From NCBI RefSeq assembly GCF_009914755.1, contig NC_060929.1: a DNA stretch of 64,000 nt; one strand, given 5' to 3'. Position numbers and translations under genes: made by a program. Position 1 is the first letter of the stretch, and each line of letters opens with the position of its first letter. The notes under the pieces were generated by a model that did no database searches, had not been told where the DNA came from, and saw only the letters and a list, made by a program, of their open reading frames with translations. The DNA is from the human T2T-CHM13v2.0 reference genome, Homo sapiens. Shown here piece after piece: positions 44,855 to 57,469 of this stretch.

Positions 44855-45327
44855 TGTGAAAGGAAAATAAATCTTGAGACCCCAAAATCACTAAGCCAAA
44901 GGAAAAAGTCAAGCTGGGAACTGCTTAGGGCAAACCAGCCTGCCAGTCTATTCCTACAAAAGATAAAAAAGGTACATACTGCCCTCACAATTTGTACACG
45001 AGGAATTTCCTTGCAGAATTGCTTTGTTTGGAAGGGCTAATCAGAAACTCAAAAGACTGCAACTCTTTGTCTCTCATCTACCTATGACATGGAAGCCCCT
45101 CCCCACTTTGAGTTGTCCCACCTTTCCGGACTGAACCAATATACATCTTACATATATTGATTGATGTCTCATGCCTCCCTAAATTGCATAAAACCAGGCT
45201 GTGCCCCGACCACCTTGGGCACATGTTGTCGGGATCTCTTCAGGCTGTATCATGGGCGCATTCTTACCCTTGGCAAAATAAACTTCCTAAATTGACTGAG
45301 ACCTGTCTCAGATATTCGGGGCTCACA
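44855..45327 (+). mobile_element. MER4A1-like ERV1 solo LTR
   Basis: TG..CA; tgtgaaaggaaaataaatcttg...aataaacttcctaaattgactgagacc...ggctcaca. Confidence 0.88.
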
Positions 45328-45659
45328 AGAACCACTCTTTTAGTGTAACTCTGAGTGCCTGTCCTGTGGACAATAATCAATTATCTCTGTGTCCCAGGGG
45401 AGACAGTGAATCGGTCTCCTGCTTATTGAGAAAGATCCCCCATAGCTCCCAGTGCTCAAAGTTCATTCTTTCCTTCCCTGCCACCCACCCCCCCGCCCTG
45501 CAGGGCTTGGCCACTTAACCACTGCAATTAAAAGTCCTCTTTATTCTCCTCATTAGGCCTGGTTGTTATCAAGAGTAACTTACTTTTTCTTTACTGTGCC
45601 CAAAGCACCCAGGCCCTTTTCTGTTTATGGGGTTTCAACTAATCATTTTAGAAAAAGGA

Positions 45660-47744
45660 GAAGATACACAAGATAGATACGTTTAAGAAAATTCCAAGGT
45701 TTGCAAATTCTTCCAGCAGAGATCTCTGGTTCATACTTCTGAACTCCCTTTCAGATGGTAACCGGAAGTCTCAATGGGTTTTGCTCTTGGCTTTTGACCT
45801 CGTTTTAAAGGGGTATTTCTTATTCATAGTAAGGCCATAGGAAGAAGAGTGACCCAAGGAAGGTGAGTTTCTTGGGATAATTTTCTGAGGTGTCTCTTGA
45901 TAATATCATTAGTTTTCTCTACCTTTCCTAAGGATTGGGGTCTCCAAGCACAGTGGAGATGGTATTCTATGCCTACTCCTTTTGAGACCCCTTGTGTGAC
46001 AGCTGCCTTAAACGAGGGTCCATTGTCACTTTGAAGATACCTACGAAGACCGAAGTGAAGAGTTATTTCATTAACTAACACTTTTATTACCTCAGAGGCT
46101 TTTTCTGTATGGCATGGGAATGCCTCTATCCAGTTAGTGAAGGTGTCTACCCATACCAGCAGGTATGGATACTCTTTGTCTTTGGCATGTGGGCGAAGTC
46201 TATCCCCTGGATACCCTCCTATTCTTTGGGTTTGAGGAGGAAGGAGTCGTCTGTTCAGGGGATTATTTTAAAGACAGACTTCACAAGCATTAACAACTTG
46301 CGTAATTGTTCTTAGCAAGTTCTCTCCTAAAAACAATCTCTAGCCACATTGATACGTCTTATCCTTTCCCAAGTGACTTTCCGTTGGCTAGAGGCTGGCA
46401 AGTGGAGCTTGCCAACCTCTGACTGTAGCTCTCCTGAGGGCTGAAATGTATACCCTCGAGAAGTGGCCCATTCTACTTCTGTAGTGGAGTACTGAGGTTT
46501 AATTTCTCTTATGGAGCCTTCCCAGATTAGAGGGGTTTGAAGTGTGTTGATGTCTTGAGGCTTTCTTGCCGCTGACCTAGCTACCTGACTGGCTAATCTA
46601 TTTCCTTCGGCTACCTCATCTGTTCCCTTCTGATGTCCCCTACAATGCATTTCTGTGATTTCTCGTGGAAGGAAAACTGAGGAAAGTAACCTTTTAATTT
46701 CCTGGTGATGTTTTATAGGAGATCCATTGGTGGTAAGAAAATGCCTTTCCTTCCAAATGGCTGCATGAGCATGGAGAACTAGGAAAGCATACTGGGAGTC
46801 AGTGTAAATATTAGCTACCTTTCCTTTGCTTAATTCAATTGCTCTTGTAAGAGCTATTAGCTCAGCTAATTGAGCGCTTGTGCCTGGAGGAAGAGACACA
46901 CTTTTAATGACGTCATTTAGAGTGACTACTGCGTATCCTGCCTTGTGGATCCATGCTCTACAAGAGAGCTCCCATCTGTGAAGAGGGTCCAGTCTGGATT
47001 CTCTAGGGGAGTTTCCTTGAAATCCTCCCTGGCTGCATAGGTCTGTACTATGACTTGTTCACAATTATGCTCAGGTTCCCTAGTTTCTTCAGGGAGGAAG
47101 GTGGCTGGATTTAGGCTAGAACAAGTCTTTAATTGGATGTTGGAACCCTCTAACAGTAGGGCCTGATATTTAAGGAGTCGGCTATCTGTTAGCCAAAGGC
47201 TTCCTCTAGAGTACAGTAGTCCTGCCACATTATGTAGGGTGTAAACAGTTAAATCATTCCCCAGGGTTAATTTGGAGGCTTCTGGGACCAGCAGAGCCAC
47301 CGAGGCAATGGCTTGGAGGCATGCTGGCCACCCTTTAGCCACCAAATCAAGTTCCTTACTTAGATAACCCACTGGTTGAGCTGGTCCTCCAGCCTGTGTT
47401 AAAACTCCCAGGGCTATTCCCTTCCTTTCTGATACATACAGATTGAAGACCTTCCCTACAGGAAGGCTGAGAGCTGGTGCCTTGAGCAAGACTTGCTTTA
47501 GCTGGTTAAAGGCCTTTTGAGCTTCAGGTTCCCAGGTTAAAAGATGAGTTTTAGCTCCCTGAGTTTCTTTTATGAAGTTATATAACAGACGGGCTATTTC
47601 ACCATACCCAGATACCCATAGCCTACAGAATCATGTAATACCCCAAAATCCTCTTAGTTGCTTGAGAGTTTTGGGGAGGGAGAAGTAGGAGATAGGCTTA
47701 ATCCTCTCTTCCCCCAACTCCAGTGCTCTGGTCCCCTTTGACAG
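45660..47744 (-). pseudogene. ERV1 (gamma-like, HUERS-P3/MER52-int-like) pol relic: RT thumb/tether, RNase H, integrase
   Basis: Motifs LRGF.GIT, YLSKELD, FTDGSS, SAQLAELIAL, NIYTDS, CEVC, VDTFT.W.EAFP, SDNG, KVEK; frameshifts, stops and deletions. Confidence 0.92.
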
Positions 47745-47984
47745 CTTACATTGTCAGGATGTGACACTTATTATAAGTAACTTCCTCTAAGAACTTGGAA
47801 ATAAATTTATTGTCTGAGAGTTAAATTTTAAAAATAGTATAATAGATGACATTGCAGATATGTACATACTCACCTTGTAAGTGGTTCCAGGCCTACAATA
47901 TTGGACTCTAATCAAGAGGTTGCAAACTCATATGCTCCAGACAGCTAGATAGTTACAAACGCATAGAGAAATACTTCAAGGCCT

Positions 47985-48440
47985 ATATGCATATAGCAGC
48001 ACAATTCGCAGTTGCAAAAATGTGGAACCAGCCCAAATGCCCATCAATCAATGAGTGGATTAAAATAAACTGTGGTATGTATATATGATGGAATACTACT
48101 CAGCCATAAAAAGGAATGAAATAATGGCATTCACAGCAACCTGGGTGGGATTGGAGACTATTATCCTAAGTAAAGTAACTGAGTAGTGGAAAACCAAACA
48201 ACATATGTTCTCACTCATAATTGGGAGCTAAGCTGTGAAGATGCAAAGGCAAAAGAATGATACAATGGACTTTGGGGACTCAGAGGGAAAGGGAGGGAAG
48301 GGGATGAGGGATAAACAGTGTATATTGCTGGGGTGATGGGTGCACCAAAAGCTCACAAATCACCACTAAGGAACTGGCTCATGTCGCCAAATACCACCTG
48401 TTCCCCCAAAACCTATGGAAATAAAAAAATAAAAAAAGAT
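47985..48440 (+). mobile_element. 5'-truncated L1PB1-like 3' end
   Basis: L1PB 3' UTR, A tail, TSD aaatacttcaaggcct at 47969-47984 and 48441-48456. Confidence 0.93.
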
Positions 48441-48602
48441 AAATACTTCAAGGCCTGTAAAAGGTGTAATTTTTCTTAAACACCATTAATCAGAGTTGTT
48501 ATTTTGTTGAGTGTTGGTTCAAAGTCATATTGATAGTAGGAATATACTTGCCTCAGATAAACTAGATTATATTGTCAATGTCAGAAAATTAATACTTGGT
48601 GG

Positions 48603-49056
48603 TGTTGTGGGTTGAATTGTGTGCCCTCAAAAGATATGTTCAAGTCCTAACCCTTAGTACAAATGCATGTGACCTTATTTGGAGCTAGGGTCTTTGCAAA
48701 TCTAATCAAGTTACAATGAGGTCATACTGGATTAGGGTGGGGCCTAATCCAGTGATGGGTATCCTTATAAGAAGGAAATTAGAACATGGACAGACAGAAG
48801 GAGAATGCCATGTAACTATGGAAACAGAAATTGGAGCGATTCATCTACAAGCCAAGGAACCCCAAAGATTGCAACCACCAGAACCTAGGAAGAAGCACAG
48901 AAAGATTCTTCCTTAGAGCTTTCAGAAAGCATGGAACTGCCAATGCCGTAATTTCAGACTGTTAGCCTCTAGAATGGTGAAATAATAAATTTCTGTTGTT
49001 TTAAACCATCCCAAGTTTGTAGTAGTTTGAAATGAAACCTGTAGGAAACTAGTACA
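48603..49056 (+). mobile_element. MLT1C-like solo LTR
   Basis: tgttgtgggttgaattgtgt...aataaatttctgttgttttaa...ggaaactagtaca. Confidence 0.88.
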
Positions 49057-50439
49057 CTTGATGTTGGGGGTGGTATGTTTGCTTTTAGATAATTTAAAAG
49101 GAAATGTGTTGCAACTATTGTTGGTAGAAAGATTGATATGGAATCTTGGCACATACTTTCTTCCTTGTGTTCACAGGATTAAAGTCCACTCCTTTTCTTT
49201 TGGGGAAGGCAGAAATTGGAGCAGAAAAATGAATACTAAAATCAAGACTAAATTAAAAAAAAATTAAAAATCAGACTGAAACCAGAGGCATCAATGTTTA
49301 AAAGACACACAAAAAAGGAAGTGGTGTGGGACTTATCTCATTCGAGGAGAAGTAGAAATTCTTCAGAAGGGAATTGGAGCTTCTGGACCAGGGAGGGACC
49401 TAAAGAAGGCCTGAGGCTTGATGATTAGAAAGCATAATGGTGGTTGAGAGGAAACAAGACAGTGTTGGAGTGGGATGCCTTTCAAAAATACACTTCTTCA
49501 CCCCTTCTTTTATAGTATAAATGCACTCTTTATTTAGCGTATGTTTACTTCATACATTTTGGATGAAATTTGGAAGTAGTTTTCATAAGTAAAAGAACTG
49601 CTCAAGCTATCACACCTCTCCCAGAGTTCATATGAGTCTGGAAGAGACAAGCATGGCTGAACTTAAGAAGGGGACTAGGCAGAATGGACATAGGTGCTCT
49701 GTCATACACTACTAGTTGGAGTGGGATCTAGACCAGCAGAGAACTTTTAAGTAGAAGGCACTTAGGCTATTTCTCAGGCTTCTTCCCATAGAATAATGAG
49801 GAATTCAATTTCCATCCACTCCTAAGGGGCAAGAAGAATGAGTACTGCCAGCCACTAGTCCATATAGTTTTATATAATTTACTACAAAACATACCCGTTC
49901 CTCAAGATATTTGACTTCCATCTGGTTAGATAAATGCCATAATAAATATAAAAATATATGGAATTCATGTGAATGGAGATATCATTGCCTTATATGTGGC
50001 CATTGTACATTGTACATTTCATACAATCTGTATTACTGTTCATGGTGACCTTACCTGGCAAATTTGGATTGCAAGAATATCCTGAAAAGAACATGTCAAT
50101 TCAAAAAAGTTGGTCACCTTACCTAGGAAACAGAAGAAAGAGAATCCCTGGGGAAAACGTTAACATTGTCCATGCAGTCATTCTTCTGGAAGAGTTGGAT
50201 TTACAGGTCTGTCTGTCCCCATAGTTTGATGATCATATCATACTAACTTACCCTGGTTCTGCTTAGCATCTGAATCATGCTATAATTCCTTTACATTGGC
50301 TGCTTACTCACCTGCTAGCTGTAGTTTGACCGCCATGACTTGAGCTGACTAGGCTAAGTTACCTGCTCTGTGTGTTTATTCTGTCTCATTTAAATGCCTT
50401 CATTTTGCCTTCTGGTGCCAATGTTTTTGTTATTTTTTT

Positions 50440-50755
50440 AATATGTGTCCCCTCTGAAACTCATGTAGAAATTTAACCCTCAATGTGGCAGTATTGACAG
50501 ATGGGTTTTTAAGAAGTTACTGGGTTATGAGGGCCCTGTCCTTGTGGATTAATATATTAATGGGTTAATGGGTTCTCATGGGATTAATGAGTAATCATCT
50601 TTGTGTCCCTGGATAACTTTGTATAGCAGAGCCACTTTGCCAGCCCTGAAATGCTCACTTTTTGGATGGTTACTAGTGTGTACTAAACTTATGCTTTATT
50701 TCCCTAACGACATTTTGGAGCCTCTTCATCACAGCAACTTAACTTATACCTGACA
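50440..50755 (+). mobile_element. MST fragment joined to an MLT1J-like fragment
   Basis: gtcccctctgaaactcatgtagaaatttaacc; agcagagccactttgccagccctg. Confidence 0.6.
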
Positions 50756-51112
50756 AGTAGCAGTTCATTCTACAGATAGACTGTCTCAGCATGGTGGGTC
50801 ACATGGCATTTCTTAAATCATGAGAACTTCCTATTGACCAACCTGAACTGGGGGATAGGATGGTAGACAAAAAGCAACAAATATCTACTACAAAAGATTT
50901 TACAAATTTTTATATTTAAAAAAAGCTCTGAAGCAGATACCCCCAGTTTAAAAAGAAGATGAAGGTAGCACCTTAGTGAAACTTTTATATGAAAGAAAGA
51001 CAAAACTTTATAAAAGCTGCTATAGGAAAAAAAAAACCCTAGTTTCCAATATTTACTTAATTCTCTTGGCATTTTTAAGGATTAAAAACCATTAATTATT
51101 TTAGGAGAAAAC

Positions 51113-53466
51113 TGTCCCAGTTATCTATTGCTGTGTAACAAATTACCTCCAAACTTAGTGGCTTAAAACAAGAAGAATCATTTTATTTTTTTCTAGTCAT
51201 GACTCTGGGGACAAACTGGGCTCTACTAGGCGGTTCTTACTTGGGATCTCCATGTGGTGGTGGCCAGATGGTGGCTGGGGCTGAATCATCTCCAGGCTCA
51301 CTTTCCCCCATGTCTGGAGGTTGATACTGGCTTTTGGTTGACACCTCATCTGGGACAGTTGGCAAGAACACTTTCTATAGTCTCAATGAGGTCTTTCCTC
51401 TTCTTCATAACATGTGACTGGTTTCAAGAAGGAGTGTCCCATGAGGCCGAGGTAGAAACTGTATTCCCTTTTACAACCTATCCTCTGAAGTGAGATCACT
51501 CCATCTCTGCTATAATCATAGGCCTGCCCAGGCTCAAGGAGGAGGCATATGGCCTGTCTGTGGGAGAAGTGTCAAGATCACATCCCAATCTGGAATGGGA
51601 GATCTTATGGTCATGTCGGAAAGCAGTATCTGTCATGGTCCCCCCTTTGGCCATAATAATTTACATCCCTCCTCTAGGCAAAATATGTTTGTCTTTTTAT
51701 CTTCTGCCAAATCGCATTTCATTATGGCATTTGCTTGAGGTCTAGGAATTGCAATCAGGCCCAGGTGCAGGTGAGGCTCCTTCATTGTGGTTCCTTGGGT
51801 ACATCTCCTTGAGGACCATTGCTTTCAGTGTGAAGACATGTGAATTAAAGAAACAGGCTATCTCTCTTCTACATCCCCAACATATAATGGTAGGATAGTT
51901 CCCAAAGGGTAGGACAAGGGCACAGAGCAGCCACTGATTGCTAGCATGTTTCTATATCCTTGATGAGGGCTCAGTCCACTTGCCTGGGAGGTGTTCATCA
52001 TGACTCTTGGCTCTACCCTCTGGGCTCTAGGTGCCCTCAGAATCATCCTTTGTTTTCAATAAGAAAACCTAAGTTTGCAATTTAATAGTCTCCTTAGTCT
52101 ACTTTCTGCCTGTAGAAGGGTAGAGGTTTAAAGTCATCTTGTTATTAAATATTTAGTATTTATCTGTCCTTTTCAGTCCAAGCTGACAGTGATTCCTCCA
52201 GAATATTTCTTTTGAAAGCATTGTGTGTTTAAATATATCACTTTATAATCCTGAGGCACACCCTCCTATTATTCCAGGTAAACCCCTTTCTCCCTCAGGC
52301 TCATATGAGACTGCAGGACACAACATCCTTGAGACTCTTAAAGCCCAATCATTTAACTGAGAAGATCTGCAAAGCAAACTCTTAAGATCCTTAAAAGGCT
52401 TTTGGTCTGACTGAAAGTTTCTATGAGCCATTACTTTAAATCTTTTTAAAATCTTGAAGAGTTTTACCGTCATGCCCTACGTTTCATTTGTAGACCACGT
52501 TTTCCCGACAGTGCACTGGATTTCATCTATGCCCAGAAGCTACTTTTAATTTTGGAATCCTTTGCTGTTGTAAGAGGTTGAGAACAAGAAATAGTTTTAT
52601 TTTCAAATCCAACAAGTCTTGGATCTTCTATATTTAACAGTATATTCTTTAGCCCATCTTTTTCCTCCTGCCTTTTATCATAGGCAGTGAGAAGCCAGGT
52701 GGTAATTTCAATATTCTGCCTAAAATCTTCTTAACTAGATCTTCACATTCATTAAGTACATTTTCAATTTTTCACATTACTAAGGGTGACAGTGTTGCCA
52801 ATTGCATTTCCTGTACTTTGCTTGAGCCCTGATTGACAGCCTCCTTCAGCCCTCTGGGCTTCCACTAACACTTTGCTGGAGGCTAAGTTTCTACTAACAG
52901 TCTCTTCAATGTTCTCCCACTTTCTGCTCACTACCTGTTCCTAAAGATAATACTACATGTCTCAGGATTTTGTCATGACAGTGCCCCACTTCCAGGTGCC
53001 AGAATCTTTCTTAAATATCTACTGTTATGAAACAAATAATTCAAAGGTATTATGACTTAAAACAACAGTCAGCTCATGATTACGTCTTATGGTTCTGGCA
53101 TTGATTAGGCCCAGTTAGGCAGTTCTCATTTGAGACTGGTCTTGCGGTGGCAGTCAGATGGTGGCTGGGGCTGGGACCTTAGCTCCAGCTATTTGTGGTA
53201 ACACCTACTACTCATGGCCTCCCTGTCTCTGTGTGGCCTGCTTTCTCATGGCATGATTATTGGGTTCCAAGAATGAGCATCCCAATGGTCCTAGGAGGAA
53301 GCCAGCCTCTGAAGTCACATACTGCTAGTTTTGGCTTAGCCACAGGCCCACTTCAAGAAAAGGGAATGTAGATGCCATGTCTGGATGGAGGAAGGGTCAT
53401 ATTATAAAAAGAAAATGTTGAATGGGAGATCTTTTTGTGGCCATATTAGAAATACAATCTGACACA
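51113..53466 (-). mobile_element. Complete MLT1F-like MaLR provirus: LTR 53466-53006, internal region, LTR 51637-51113
   Basis: Two homologous LTRs; minus-strand internal start gattctggcacctggaagtgggg; polypurine tract ggccaaagggggga next to the 3' LTR. Confidence 0.82.
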
Positions 53467-53489
53467 ATAGCTGTATCAGAATCGTTTAA

Positions 53490-53716
53490 ACTATAGCACT
53501 GTAGGATGACTATAGTTAACAATAATATATATTTTCAAATAGCTAGAAGAGAGAATATTGAATGTTCCCAAAACAAAGGAATGATAAATGTGTGAGATGA
53601 TGGATATGCTAATTACCACTCTCTGATCACTGTGCATTGTATGTATCAAAACATCACTACGTACCTCATGAATATGTACAATTATTATGTATTAGTTAAA
53701 AATAAATAAAAAATAA
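53490..53716 (+). mobile_element. L1MA 3' end
   Basis: tagcactgtaggatgactatagttaacaataa...gatggatatgctaattacc, A tail. Confidence 0.85.
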
Positions 53717-54084
53717 ATTTTAGATCCTATATAGAGACTTTCACTGGTTTATTGAAGCAGGAATAACAAAAAGAGGGAACTTACTGGAATCAGATTGTTT
53801 AAATTATAGAACTGATGGAATGGCAGAAAACCAGCCTCAGAAAATGCAAACCAAAAAGCCAGTAGAAGGTAAAGACAATGTTGGACTGGCTGGAGGATGG
53901 ACGAGGAGAAAGATGTAATCTTCAGTGAGACAGAATCTATCTGACTTCTTACCTGAAAACATGGAGGTGGTGGGAGGATGTACATACACTGAAGAGGGCT
54001 TGATATGTGTTGGTAACCTTGTGCTTTATTGAATTTACACTTTGATTTTGCTGCTTCTTTTATTGTAATAACCACTCTATCATC

Positions 54085-54375
54085 TCCCACTGTTAAAATC
54101 TATTCATCTTTAAAGAGTCAGCCCAAATGCCAATACTCTCTAATGCTTTGTGGGTTTTGTCAGTTAAAATTGCTTTCTTTCTCCACTATTCATATTACAC
54201 TTTTCCCTTCTCTTTTAAAACTTATTGCACAATGGTTAGTATTTAAGTATGTGTTAACCTGCCTTATCAACCCAACCAGGTGTAAGTTCCTTGAAGGCAA
54301 GTTCCTTGGCTTAGTTTTATTTCCCTAGAGTATCTCAAAGCAACAGGTGCTCAGACATATTTGTTGAATAAATAC
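54085..54375 (+). mobile_element. L2 3' fragment
   Basis: tgtaagttccttgaaggca...acatatttgttgaataaat. Confidence 0.7.
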
Positions 54376-54903
54376 CAAGTTAGAGATTCTACAAATAGTT
54401 TAGTGATAAATTCTGAATGAATATTTCCTTTTCGTTTCTTTAAAATCCAATAAAGATCATTCTTTTCCCTTCACGTGTCATTAATAAAAAGCTTTTATTT
54501 GCTTATTAAAAAATAGTTCCAGATTAATGATTGATATTACCTCAGAATATTGAATGAAATGAAACAATAAAATCTCTCTAAATAATTAGTTTCCTGATCT
54601 TTAATTTTAACCAACTACCTAAAATGATTTTAGCTTTCATTATTGGGTAAGTGCTTCCAGTGGGTTACAAATAGCTGTTGCTTTTAGATCAGATACATTT
54701 TTCTTTTGCTGAGTATGGCTATGTCTATAATTTTTAGATTGATTAAATTATTACAGTAGAGAACCTCTGTTTTTACTTCTATGCTACTATTTTAATTCTC
54801 AGCCAAGACAGAAAAGTGAACATATGCAAAATCAGATTTCAACCCAATAAAAGTGTTTATACAATGGAAGCCTATAAATTTGAAAATAAAATTTATTTAA
54901 GAG

Positions 54904-55463
54904 TGTGGTAGCCAGCCTTCAGGATGGCTCTAATGATCCTCATCTCCAACTTTCAACTTTCAACTTTCAACACGGCTGTAATGATCCTCATCTCCAACTT
55001 TCCTTGTAGTCCCCTTCCACACTGAACCAGGTTTAGTCTGCAAGTGACCATACAAGTGATGGCGTGGGTCTTCTAAGGCTAGGTCATGAAAGGCAGCACA
55101 GTGCCTCTTCTACTCTGCTCCCTTGGATCAGCCACTCTGGGAGAATCCAGAAGCCATGTCATCTGGATATTCAAGGAGCTGTCTAGAGAGTTCCACATGA
55201 AAAGTACTGAGACTTCTTGGAAAAACAGCCATAAACAGCAAACTAATAACACGAGTGAGTCATCTCGGAAGCTGATTTGCAGCCACAGTAAAATCTTAAG
55301 ATGACTGTGGTCCTGGCGAGATCTCATGAGAAATCCAGAGCTATAACTGCCCAGCTAAGCCACTCCTGATTTCCTGATTCCCAGAAACCATAAGATAATA
55401 AATTGTTATTTTAAGCCACTAAATTTTGGGGTAATTTGTTACACAGCATAGATAACTAGTACA
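54904..55463 (+). mobile_element. MLT1F2-like solo LTR
   Basis: tgtggtagccagcc...gataactagtaca; perfect 5-bp TSD aagag / aagag. Confidence 0.9.
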
Positions 55464-56834
55464 AAGAGATGTTTGCTAAATTTACAAAATTCAAATACAA
55501 GGCAAATAACTATGCTCAGACTGAGGACACTGTAAAGAGTTCTTTAGATAACCATAAAGCTCACAGCGCAGATATTTTCCCAGTAAGTAGTATAGTTGTC
55601 AAGAACTGAGTAGAAAATGTGTTGGACATAGATTTGGCATGGAAATTATTGTTTTTTACTGTATGATGACTTGAAGATGGGTACCATACCATACATATGT
55701 TCAACTGTGACAGCTAAAGTTATTTCTCCATTAGAGACTTTTGCAACAGGTTCCACCTATATACACTAAGCATATAATTCTATTCACAAAAAAACCAATA
55801 TACCCATTTTTAGAAAAAAAAATTTAGTAAAAATATCATTCTTATTATTTTTGAAAGTTTTGCTTCACAGTAAATGATGCATGGGTTTTGTGACATTGCC
55901 GAGTGCCTCTCCATATGGGGAGCTGAGCCTGCACACAGGCGGTAATGCATGCATCACCACATACTCACTAATGAAGCAAGGTAAAGAAATAGAAAAGCTT
56001 TTCATTCCCTCAATATGCAGCTGGTGTGTGATGCCAGATGTAAAATCATTGATGTTCTTGCCAAGTTCTCAGGATCATGTCATGATTTATTTAAACTAAG
56101 ACAATCAAGAATAGGTTGATTTTTGTAAAAAATAGTCAAATACAAGGAGGCCGATGAGTAGGTGGATAGGAACATATCTTCTCTAAAATATTGACTGTGT
56201 ATTAAATATAAGATTATTTGTATCCTTCATTCTTTCTTTGTATTATATTGTGGTTTTCCTCTGAAGAGAGTAAATGGCTCTACTTTCTAATCCCTTAACT
56301 CCTCCAGAATTACTTTATAATGAAGCACATAAATTCAGTAGAGCTGTAAGTGAAAAAAAAAAAAACATGTTATTTTGAAACCAATGTTACAGATGCCTAT
56401 CCAAAATGGAAAGTAGATGGCATGTCTTCTTTTAATATCTCAAGCATTTCCTTTGGCAATTTGTAATTCATGATATTAGAATTGATTATAATAGAGACCA
56501 AGCTTTAATGTTTCTTCTGGTGGAGTGGAGGGGGGCGGTGTGGGGGCGGTTATTGCCACCATCCACAGTATCAGGACATGAAGCATTACAAATGTTGATT
56601 CCCCCCCTCCCTATCCCCTGAAAAACATTTTTATCTGGCAATAGAAACTACAGGGGTCATTATTCATGACTGTCACCATCAGGGGCAGTTGTGATTCAGA
56701 ACTATTGGAAGGGGAACTAACTTTTGTTGAGCTTCTGCCATGTGCCAGGCACTTGGGTACCTTACTTGATTTTCAAAAAAATATTTGAGCAGCACAACTT
56801 TACTTTCTTCTCACTGTAGATCCTTGGCAAACAT

Positions 56835-56965
56835 TTAAAAAACTGTGGTAAAATATACATAATACAAAATTAGCCATTTTGACTATTTTTAAGTGCACAG
56901 TTTAGTGGCATTAAGTGCACTCACATTGTTATGCAACCATCACCATTAGCCTTCTGTAGAACTCT
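56835..56965 (-). mobile_element. L1MB 3' fragment
   Basis: tgtggtaaaatatacataa...tagtggcattaagtgcactcacattgttatgcaaccatcacca. Confidence 0.8.
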
Positions 56966-57469
56966 GCAGGGGCATTTAAAATAATGCAACACTTCTCAAA
57001 AGCCCTTTGTCTTTCAAAGAAAAATCATACAGGAAGGGACAATGGTAAAATTACATTATAGTATGTTATGTTTATTTAACCTAATAGCAACTCAATACAT
57101 ATTTTGTTACCTACCAGAAACAAGATGTCATACTAGGCAGTTCAGAGGATATACAGACTCATGAGATAAAAACCCTACTCTCAAGTATAGACTGGAATTC
57201 TGCAGTCTGACCTTGATTCTTTTAGTAAATGAATTCATTCAACAAGTCAAGAATACCTTCTCTACGCCCAGAGCTCTGCCAGTGTTTGGTATGTATGTAG
57301 TGGAGTCATAGCCCTCTTGGAGCTGCATTCACATAATTATCAGTGTAGCTTGTCTGCTCTTCCCTGCCTTCAGGGAAGAGAGTCAGAAAGGCAATCCTGA
57401 AATCTGTGCAGAAGTCATAAGAGCAACTTTTACTTGAATATTTATTTATTAATCTCACTATAAATAGAA

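Noticed and set aside
55875-55956. 9-bp terminal stem tgatgcatg / catgcatca with ATGATG and CTGA as a C/D snoRNA or pre-miRNA
   Set aside because: C box is imperfect, D box is not next to the terminal stem, and the interior does not pair continuously.
56529-56550. Tandem GC boxes ggggcgg
   Set aside because: No CpG island or other promoter features nearby.
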